Assembly (NCBI GenBank): GCA_030295235.1
Contig: AP026146.1
Coordinates: forward strand, 793,130 to 813,129
Length of the DNA stretch: 20,000 nt
Direction: 5' to 3'
Origin: Fistulifera solaris
Lineage: Eukaryota
Part shown: positions 11,422 through 20,000 of the stretch, piece after piece
How positions within the stretch are numbered: the stretch's first letter is position 1
Layout of the letters: the number at the start of each line of letters is the position of its first letter
Made by a program: the position numbers and the translations under genes
The notes under the pieces: model-generated
What the model was told of the DNA's origin: nothing
Databases searched by the model: none
Seen by the model: only the letters and a program-made list of their open reading frames with translations

Positions 11422-11922
11422 ATCTTTGTGACGCGCACGGCAGCGTCTTTAATATAAGCATTAGATATAAGCCTAAATTAATTTAGCGTAACCGATAATG
11501 AAACGGATGAATGTGGCACTCAATTGTACTGTTTTTTCAATGTCATGTAACGTGGTGTGACATTTCCCGCATCTTCCTGGGAATCTCTAATTGCAAAACT
11601 TTTGGGAAACACGGCCCTCCGCGCGTTTTCGCGGGCCTACCTCACGTTGTTCTTGTCTCTTCTGAAAAAACCGGGCTCGCTCTATATGAATAGATGATAA
11701 TTTATATGATATAAATCCGTTGATGATTTGTGTTCACGACCTTACTATTTTCGCCTTTTACGATGGTCTTCTGCAAAAAAATCATCACGCAGAGTTGCCT
11801 CAAGTACTTCATTGAAAAGATAGGAAGGGTCATCAAGATGCTAAATTGAAGTATGATAATGGTTTACAACAAAGATTATCAACAGAACTCTAGTTTGTAA
11901 ATAACATAAATGTTACAAAAGC

Positions 11923-12130
11923 TCCAACTATTAAAAGATTTCCAACTATTGCTGAGATAGCAAATATTGCAACACTTCCAACGATTGCAAAACGTCAACT
12001 TATTTCACACTTCCAACTATTGTAGGACTTCAAACTATTGCAAACTTCCCACTTCTTACTTGTCACACATCTCACTTCTATCTCACTTCAAAGCGTCTCA
12101 CTTCTCAGATTTCACTTCTCACTTCTCACA
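11923..12130 (+). repeat. Degenerate 18-bp units (TCCAACTATTG...) followed by a pyrimidine-rich TCTCACTTC low-complexity stretch
   Basis: Units at 11923, 11941, 11959 and 11977 are in 18-bp phase and resemble the adjacent minisatellite. tctcacttc-like words recur several times at 12050-12130. Confidence 0.75.
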
Positions 12131-12140
12131 TCCTAACATG

Positions 12141-12634
12141 TCCACCTATTGCAACATGTCCCCCTATTGAAACACGTCAGCTTATTGCAGAACGTCCAAC
12201 TATTGCAGAATGTCCGACTATTGTAACATGTCCGACTATTGCAACATGTCGGACTATTGAAACATGTCCGACTATTGCAACATGTCCAACTATTGCAACA
12301 TGTCGGACTATTGACTAACGTCCGACTATTGCAGAACGTCCGACTATTGTAACATGTCCGACTATTGCAGAGCGTCCGACTATTGCAGAACATCCGACTA
12401 TTGTAACATGTCCTACTATTGCAGAACATCCAACTATTGTAACATGTCCGACTATTGCAGAACGTCCGACTATTGAAACATGTCCGACTATTGCATCATG
12501 TCCGACTATTGCAGAATGTCCGACTATTGCAGAGCGTCCGACTATTGCAGAATGTCTGACTATTGCAGAACGTCCGACTATTGCAGAATGTCTGACTATT
12601 GAAATATGTCCGACTATTGCAGAACGTGCGACTA
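12141..12634 (+). repeat. 18-bp minisatellite, 27 full units, consensus TCCGACTATTG-CAGAACG / TCCGACTATTG-CAACATG
   Basis: First unit at 12141 and a partial last unit at 12627, which is exactly 27 x 18 bp with no net indel. The 11-bp core is near constant and the 7-bp tail varies. Confidence 0.95.
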
Positions 12635-13516
12635 ACAGAATCACACTTTTGTAACTTTCATCCTTTTATCTCTTGCTATTTTCTTCTTCTGAAAACACAT
12701 TGTTGTTATGCTGCGTTTTCACTTGTAAGGTAAAGCCTCACTCACCACACTATTCACTTACAAAGGTTTGCATTTGAATATCGGTATCGTTTGCACTCGG
12801 ATGGCAACCTGCAAATTTTGTCAATCGAGTCTTTTATGATGCAGGATGCAGGTGCCAAATTATTTGGGTGATTAGTAACGGGTGTTTATTTTCAAATTCA
12901 TTTATTTGATGTTGGCAGTTCTTGACAAATCTTTCACGTCGGAATTCGTTGTGGCGGTATATAATACCCCCTGAGTAGCATTTACATCATACATATAGTA
13001 TCTTAGTAGCATGCTCACGACAGGATTTGAGTCACGAAGCCTGCCATTTTCAATTCGACTGTAAATATAATAGTAAAATAAATACGCCGCAAGCCGCAAG
13101 CAGCTGGGTCTCTTTTGCTAAAAGAAAAATAAAAAAGCTTAAACTCGCCCATTATTACTGCCGATGACGAACCTATCATCGTCGGTAACTGTTCGACCCG
13201 TGGCGACTCTAGACTGTACCAGTACCACTTTCATCACACATTGCGTCTGAACGAACACGCCTCGGGACACCACGTAACAGCAGCCATCGACAAGCGGCAC
13301 ATTCCTTCATCACGACGGCCCAACATTATTAACAGTAACCCACAACGAGCCTTCCGCTGATGACACGCAGCAGTATTGAACACACAGCACCACCCGTCTT
13401 CACTGCTTCGCAATGTATACACGAAAAAGCCTCCTAGTAGCGGCCACCAACACGAATTCACCACGTCTCCGGTGCCGTCCGACATGTTCTGCGTTAGTAT
13501 TTTTGAATAAAACCAG

Positions 13517-14400
13517 GCGATGGAAAATATTGTTTAACCGGGGGGCGTTGATCTAACGGTTCGTTTATGGAATCCCAGTCGACTGGATCCTGCGTTTCCT
13601 CCGCGTCCGTGGGCCGGCGGGGATGATATCCCAATCGATGCAACTCCGAGAGCTCTTCCTATTCAAGTGTACGAAGGCGGTACCACTTATCCTATTTAGG
13701 CCATCGTTGTCGACGAGAAATCATCTGTAGTAGCGTCAGCTTCGGAAAAAAACTGTTGTCGTTTCTGATGTTGTTCTGAAACAAGCCAAAGCGAAGATTA
13801 CAAGGTCACAACGGCCGCGTGAATGCTGTTGCAATTAGCAAAGACTCCGAGACTTTCCTCTCCGCGTCTTATGATGCAACTGTTCGGGATATGGGATGGG
13901 CGAAGCAGGAGTTTCGAGCCATTACAGATCCTGAAGGAGGCGAAGGACTCTGTGACGGATGTCCATGTTGTGCAGGATGACAATGAAGCACTGATTCGGA
14001 CCGCCAGTGTTGACGGCGTCACGAATCTTGGGAAGGGATTTTGCGGTGCGACGATTTCTCAAGTCCAATAACTAACATGGCACAGGCCTTACGATGGTCA
14101 GTATTTGGTAGTGTCGTGCTTAAATGGAACCATTCGCTTAATGGAGTGGCACTCAGGTAAGCTGGTCAACACGTCGAGAAGCATCATGCAGCCGGACAGT
14201 ATGGACTGATGTGTGGCGTCCGCGGCCGATGATTCAACAATAATAACAGGATCGGGAAGGCGGCCAATGCATCTTGTATGATCGGGTGCATGGTATGCGT
14301 GTTCAAAGTCTTATTGGACATTCGCGCCCAACGTCGCACTTGCTATTCACCCGCAAGGTCCAATAATTCTGTAGTCGTAACAGCCAGCTACGGCCGAGAG
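13517..14400 (+). pseudogene. WDR83: WD-repeat protein 83 (MORG1) pseudogene
   Basis: Reconstructed across frames: DGKYCLTGG.DLTVRLWNP...RRLQGHNGRVNAVAISKDSETFLSASYDATVRIWDGRSRSFEPLQILKEAKDSVTDV...TASVDG...DDFSSPITNMA..DGQYLVVSCLNGTIRLME...ADDSTIITGS...LIGHSRP...VVVTASY. This matches recalled WDR83 motifs (DGNYCLTCGSDKTLKLWNP; EPVQTLDEARDGVSSV). It has an in-frame TAG at 13697-13699 and roughly ten frameshifts. A putative splice acceptor CAG ends at 13516. Confidence 0.88.
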
Positions 14401-14589
14401 CGTTATTGTTTACCGGCCATACATCGTCCGGGGGCGTTCACTCTTGTGACCTATGAAGAGCTCAAGTGCGCGCTATAATCAAAGCTAAATCGGCATGACA
14501 ACCATTGATAAGCGAAAATGTCATCGTTATTTTCTCACTAGTGAGGTGACAGCTGGCTAACCTTTTTTCATGACTGATTAGCGGTGGCT

Positions 14590-15815
14590 ATGTAACATGT
14601 CACAGCAATTGCAGAAGATCAGCGTCCAGCGCTTCGTTACTCGTCCATTTTGCTCTGAGGTGCCTTCAGGGAAATGGATTTGATCGCTTCCACGAGTCCT
14701 AGATCTTGCACCCTTTAGCAGCCGTTCGAGGCTTGAGAATCTGAACAGCAATCATAAGGCGGTACCTGGACCAATGCACCTGACACTTCTGTGATACTAT
14801 CCAACGCACTGCAGAGCAAGGTTACTTAGGCATCGGATATCTCGCTATCAAGATATTCACCAGCTTGTAGTATTCTCATCAAAGAGTGTTGAAAAGGAAG
14901 GCACTACGGCTTGCCTTACTTCAGATCAATCAACTCATCTCGACTGACTCTTTTGAGCTTATAGACATCTAATTAGTGAGACAAGTCCATGCCACGAATG
15001 CGACCCGCTGCTGACGTGTGAAGGGGACTTTCTACTGACCCAAGGTTTGTTCGACCGGGTAGCTTGTTAAATGAGCATTGACTGTCTTTGCTAGAAGTGG
15101 CGGTGTTTGCATTCAAACTGGTAATAGAGCATTGTTATCTTTGATCCGCCAAATCGACTTGGTAGATTTAAAAAATAATGACAATGAAAGCATAAATATG
15201 AGGAATGCGTTGCTGAAGTAAGTAATATGTAAATGATTATAGTAGTTCATACGAATCTTATTTGTCGGTGCAATTGGAAGCTTTACTTGCCAAGGTGAAA
15301 AAGGTTAGAGAGCCGAGACTTCCCTTTTTCCTTGGCAAATTTTCAATTGAAGACAACTCCTCATTCTGTTTGGTTCCCGGAATGATTGCACTTGGACCTT
15401 GGTCTTCATCCGGTGCCGGCAACCGAGGAGCTACAATGTCCTGCAACAAATCAAAAGCGATAGCAACTTTGAGACCGACTTGAAATGGGATCGAGTCAGG
15501 CACAATTACTCAAATCGTGCGGAGATCCTTGTTCTTATGAGATTCAAAATGGGCGTTAAGCGCTTCTTCCAACACTTTAATGCTGGTAGTCAATGCAAAA
15601 TACTCATTTTATTCTCCTTCATCAAAGATTTCGAAATAAGCTCTTTCGCTGCTTTCATACGACTCCATGTGAATCAATTTATTGTTTGCGTCCTTAATTT
15701 TATTCAGTGGCGTGGTGAAGCTTTGAAGTACATGGTGATTCGACAATGCCGGTGAAGGATTCTTCTCCGCGCGCGTGCTTTCACGCCCTCTCTTGCTTGT
15801 GCCCAGCGTGTCCAT
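14590..15815 (-). pseudogene. Decayed protein-coding sequence of unknown family, transcribed away from the telomere
   Basis: From ATG 15815 (MDTLGTSKRGRE) one frame stays protein-like through in-frame stops at 15609-15611 and 15510-15512 to 15258; ORFs 15609-15986 and 15258-15503 share this frame. An AT-rich, intron-like segment follows at ~15157-15252, then further stop-interrupted protein-like text (LMRILQAGEYLDSEISDA*VTLLCSAL). Confidence 0.55.
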
Positions 15816-16003
15816 GTTGGTTATCTTGAATGTTGGTCGACTTGAAGATAAGGCAAATGCTGCAACCTGCAATGGGGCTGACAAAGGGAAAATGACAAGT
15901 GCAAGCTTCGATTTACCGTCATTATTTTTTTGTTGTCGCTTTCGAGGGGAGCGAGGCAGCGGGACGCGGGACGCAGGACAGCTCAAGAACTAATCCGTGA
16001 CCC

Positions 16004-19000
16004 GAAAGCGTAAGTGTGCAAAAGCGTAAGTGTCCAAAATTGTAAGTTTTGAAAAGCGTAAATGTGCAAAAGCATAAGTTTCCAAAAGCGTAAGTGTCCA
16101 AAAGCGTAAGTTTCCAAAAGCCTAAGTTTTCAAAGCATAAGCTTCCAAAAGCGTAAGTTTGCAAAAGCCTAAGTTTCCAAAAGCGTAAATGTCCAAAGAG
16201 TAAGTTTTCAAAAGCGTAAGTGTGCAAAAGCGTAAGTTGCCAAAAGCGTAAGTGTGCAAAAGCGTAAGTTTCCAAAAGCGTAAGTTTCCAAAAGCGTAAG
16301 TGTGCAAAAGCAAAAGTGTGCAAAAGCATAAGTTTTCAAAAGCGTAAGTGTGCGAAAGCATAAGTTTCCAAAAGCGTAAGTGTCCAAAAGCGTAAGTTTC
16401 CAAAAGCGTAAGTGTGCAAAAGCGTAAGTTTGCAAAAGCGTAAGTGTGCAAAAGCGTAAGTTTGCAAAAGCGTAAGTGTGCAAAAGCGTAAGTTTTCAAA
16501 AGCGTAAGTGTCTAAAAGCGTAAGTTTTCAAAAGCGTAAGTGTCCAAAAGTGTAAGTGTCCAAAAGCGTAAGTGTCCAAAAGCGTAAGTTTGTGAAAGCG
16601 TAAGTTTGCAAAAGCGTAAGTTTTCAAAAGCGTAATTGTGCAAAAGCGTAAGTGTGCAAAAGCGTAAGTGTGCAAAAGCGTAAGTGTCTAAAGGCTTAAG
16701 TTTTCAAAAGCGTAAGTTTTCAAAAGCGTAAGTTTTCAAAAGCGTAAGTTTCCAAAAGTGTAAGTGTGCAAAAGCGTCAGTGTCTAAAAGCGTAAGTGTG
16801 CAAAAGCGTAAGTTTCCAAAAGCGTAAGTGTGCAAAAGCGTAAGTGTCTAAAAGCATAAGTTTCCAAAAGCGCAAGTTTTCAAAAGCGTAAGTGTGCAAA
16901 AGCATAAGTGTGCAAAAGCGTAAGTGTCCAAAAGGGTAAGTGTGCAAAAGCGTAAGTATCCAAAAGTGTAAGTGTCCAAAAGCGTAAGTGTGCAAAAGCG
17001 TAAGTTTTCAAAAGCGTAAGTGTGCAAAAGCATAAGTGTGCAAAAGCGTAAGTGTCCAAAAGCGTAAGTGTGCAAAAGCGTAAGTATCCAAAAGTGTAAG
17101 TGTCCAAAAGCGTAAGTGTGCAAAAGCGTAAGTTTTCAAAAGCGTAAGTGTGCAAAAGCGTAAGTGTGCAAAAGCGTAAGTGTCCAAAAGCGTAAGTGTG
17201 CAAAAGCGTAGTGTGCAAAAGCGTAAGTTTGCAAAAGCGTAAGTGTGCAAAAGCGTAAGTTTCAAAAGCGTAAGTGTCCAAAAGCGTAAGTGTCTAAAAG
17301 CGTAAGTTTTCAAAAGCGTAAGTGTGCAAAAGCGTAAGTTTGCAAAAGCGTAAGTGTTCAAAAGCGTAAGTTTCCAAAAGCGTAAGTTTTCAAAAGCGTA
17401 AGTGTCCAAAAGCGTAAGTTTCCAAAAGCGTAAGTTTTCAAAAGCGTAAGTTTTCAAAAGCGTAAGTGTGCAAAAGCGTAAGTTTGCAAAAGCGTAAGTG
17501 TGCAAAAGCGTAAGTGTGCAAAAGCGTAAGTGTGCAAAAGCGTAAGTTTGCAAAAGCGTAAGTTTTCAAAAGCGTAAGTTTTCAAAAGCGTAAGTGTGCA
17601 AAAGCGTAAGTTTGCAAAGCGTAATTTTCCAAAAGCGCCAAGTGTGCAAAAGCGTAAGTTTCCAAAAGCGTAAGTTTTCAAAAGCGTAAGTGTGCAAAAG
17701 CGTAAGTTTGCAAAAGCGTAATTTTCCAAAAGCGTAAGTGTGCAAAGTGTAAGTTTCCAAAAGCGTAAGTGTCCAAAAGCGTAAGTTTTCAAAAGTGTAA
17801 GTGTGCAAAAGCGTAAGTGTGCAAAAGCGTAAGTTTGCAAAAGCGTAAGTGTGCAAAAGCGTAAGTTTTCAAAAGCGTAAGTGTGCAAAAGTGTAAGTTT
17901 GCAAAAGCGTAATTTTCCAAAAGCGTAAGTGTGCAAAAGCGTAAGTGTGCAAAAGCGTAAGTGTCCAAAAGCGTAAGTTTTCAAAAGCGTAAGTGTCTAA
18001 AAGCGTAAGTTTTCAAAAGCGTAAGTGTCCAAAAGCGTAAGTGTCTAAAAGCGTAAGTTTTCAAAAGCGTAAGTGTGCAAAAGCGTAAGTTTGCAAAAGC
18101 GTTAGGGTTAGGGTTAGGGTTAGGGTTAGGGTTAGGGTTAGGGTAAGTGTCCAAAAGCGTAAGTGTCTAAAAGCGTAAGTTTTCAAAAGCGTAAGTGTGC
18201 AAAAGCGTAAGTTTGCAAAAGCGTAAGTGTTCAAAGCGTAAGTTTCCAAAAGCGTAAGTTTTCAAAAGCGTAAGTGTCCAAAAGCGTAAGTTTCCAAAAG
18301 CGTAAGTTTTCAAAAGCGTAAGTTTTCAAAAGCGTAAGTGTGCAAAAGCGTAAGTTTGCAAAAGCGTAAGTGTGCAAAAGCGTAAGTGTGCAAAAGCGTA
18401 AGTGTGCAAAAGCGTAAGTTTGCAAAAGCGTAAGTTTTCAAAAGCGTAAGTTTTCAAAAGCGTAAGTGTGCAAAAGCGTAAGTTTGCAAAAGCGTAATTT
18501 TCCAAAAGCGCCAAGTGTGCAAAAGCGTAAGTTTCCAAAAGCGTAAGTTTTCAAAAGCGTAAGTGTGCAAAAGCGTAAGTTTGCAAAAGCGTAATTTTCC
18601 AAAAGCGTAAGTGTGCAAAAGTGTAAGTTTCCAAAAGCGTAAGTGTCCAAAAGCGTAAGTTTTCAAAAGTGTAAGTGTGCAAAAGCGTAAGTGTGCAAAA
18701 GCGTAAGTTTGCAAAAGCGTAAGTGTGCAAAAGCGTAAGTTTTCAAAAGCGTAAGTGTGCAAAAGTGTAAGTTTGCAAAGCGTAATTTTCCAAAAGCGTA
18801 AGTGTGCAAAAGCGTAAGTTTCCAAAAGCGTAAGTGTCCAAAAGCGTAAGTTTTCAAAAGCGTAAGTGTGCAAAAGCGTAAGTGTGCAAAAGCGTAAGTT
18901 TTCAAAAGCGTAAGTGTGCAAAAGCGTAAGTTTTCAAAAGCGTAAGTGTGCAAAAGCGTAAGTTTGCAAAAGCGTAAGTTTGCAAAAGCGTAAGTGTCTA

Positions 19001-19847
19001 AAAGCGTAAGTTTCCAAAAGCGTAAGTGTGCAAAAGCGTCAGTGTCTAAAAGCGTAAGTGTCCAAAAGCGTCAGTGTCTAAAAGCGTAAGTGTCCAAAAG
19101 CGTAAGTTTTCAAAAGCGTAAGTGTGCAAAAGCGTAAGTGTGCAAAAGCGTAAGTTTTCAAAAGCGTAAGTGTGCAAAAGCGTAAGTTTTCAAAAGCGTA
19201 AGTTTTCAAAAGCGTAAGTGTGCAAAAGCGTAAGTTTGCAAAGCGTAATTTTCCAAAAGCAAGTGTGCAAAAGCGTAAGTTTCCAAAAGCGTAAGTTTTC
19301 AAAAGCGTAAGTGTGCAAAAGCGTAAGTTTGCAAAAGCGTAATTTTCCAAAAGCGTAAGTGTGCAAAGTGTAAGTTTCCAAAAGCGTAAGTGTCCAAAAG
19401 CGTAAGTTTTCAAAAGCGTAAGTGTGCAAAAGCGTAAGTGTGCAAAAGCGTAAGTTTTCAAAAGCGTAAGTGTGCAAAAGCGTAAGTTTTCAAAAGCGTA
19501 AGTGTGCAAAAGCGTAAGTGTGCAAAAGCGTAAGTATCCAAAAGTGTAAGTGTCCAAAAGCGTAAGTGTGCAAAAGCGTAAGTTTTCAAAAGCGTAAGTG
19601 TGCAAAAGCGTAAGTGTGCAAAAGCGTAAGTGTCCCAAAGCGTAAGTGTGCAAAAGCGTGGTGTGCAAAAGCGTAAGTTTGCAAAAGCGTAAGTGTGCAA
19701 AGCGTAAGTTTCCAAAAGCGTAAGTGTCCAAAAGCGTAAGTGTCTAAAAGCGTAAGTTTTCAAAAGCGTAAGTGTCCAAAAGCGTAAGTGTCTAAAAGCG
19801 TAAGTTTTCAAAAGCGTAAGTGTGCAAAGCGTAAGTTTGCAAAAGCG
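16004..19847 (+). repeat. Telomere-associated satellite, ~235-240 units of 16 bp: AAAAGCGTAAGT plus GTGC/TTTC/TTCC/GTCC/TTGC/GTCT
   Basis: Read directly. The 16-aa periodicity (48 nt = 3 units) of the spurious ORFs confirms the 16-bp unit. The array starts sharply at 16004 and abuts TTAGGG at 19848. Confidence 0.97.
18102..18143 (+). repeat. Interstitial telomeric tract (TTAGGG)7 inside the satellite, same orientation as the terminal tract
   Basis: aaaagcg-(ttaggg)x7-taagtgtcc. Confidence 0.97.
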
Positions 19848-20000
19848 TTAGGGTTAGGGTTAGGGTTAGGGTTAGGGTTAGGGTTAGGGTTAGGGTTAGG
19901 GTTGGGGTTGGGGTTGGGGTTGGGGTTGAGGGTTGGGGTTAGGGTTAGGGTTAGGGTTAGGGTTAGGGTTAGGGTTAGGGTTAGGGTTAGGGTTAGGGTA
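19848..20000 (+). repeat. Telomeric repeat tract (TTAGGG)n containing a block of TTGGGG variants
   Basis: 9x TTAGGG (19848-19901), 4x TTGGGG, TTGAGGG, TTGGGG (19902-19938), 10x TTAGGG (19939-19998), then TA. The G-rich strand runs 5'->3' toward the end, as expected for a right chromosome end. Confidence 0.97.

Noticed and set aside
12141..12634. Common origin of the 18-bp and 16-bp repeats
   Set aside because: They share only TGTCC and TGCA words; their cores do not align.
13005..13050. tRNA T-arm/B-box-like GACTCAAATCCTG on the minus strand
   Set aside because: No cloverleaf, A-box or anticodon arm could be built.
18102..18143. End-to-end chromosome fusion scar
   Set aside because: All repeats are in one orientation with no head-to-head TTAGGG/CCCTAA, and the satellite keeps the same strand on both sides.
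15922..19811. About 20 minus-strand ORFs of HTYAFAHLRFCTLTLL type
   Set aside because: These are translations of a 16-bp satellite cycling through three frames, with non-ATG starts and frequent 1-bp indels. Not genes.
16004..19847. CRISPR-like constant repeat plus variable segment
   Set aside because: The variable part is only 4 bp drawn from about 7 recurring words. There are no unique spacers or cas genes, and the context is a eukaryotic telomere.

Overview
Eukaryotic chromosome end, read centromere to telomere. The compact, intron-poor genes and TTAGGG telomere are consistent with a diatom or other stramenopile, which is an inference. In order: (1) the 5' part of NOL6/UTP22 (minus strand, runs off the left edge, missed by the ORF track); (2) an intact DNAJC3/P58IPK; (3) a head-to-head pair of paralogous, frameshift-broken giant coiled-coil genes sharing an unrecognised repeat motif, one with an exact 300-aa super-repeat; (4) a subtelomeric zone with a palindrome-rich MITE-like relic, an 18-bp minisatellite, a WDR83/MORG1 pseudogene and an unidentified decayed gene; (5) a ~3.8-kb array of 16-bp units (constant AAAAGCGTAAGT plus a variable 4-mer) running into TTAGGG repeats. 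The most striking structure is a (TTAGGG)7 tract buried inside the satellite. It sits at the same junction as the terminal telomere, is flanked by a perfect 80-bp direct repeat, and is followed by a 664-bp copy of upstream satellite. This looks like a record of alternating telomerase healing and recombinational satellite extension.
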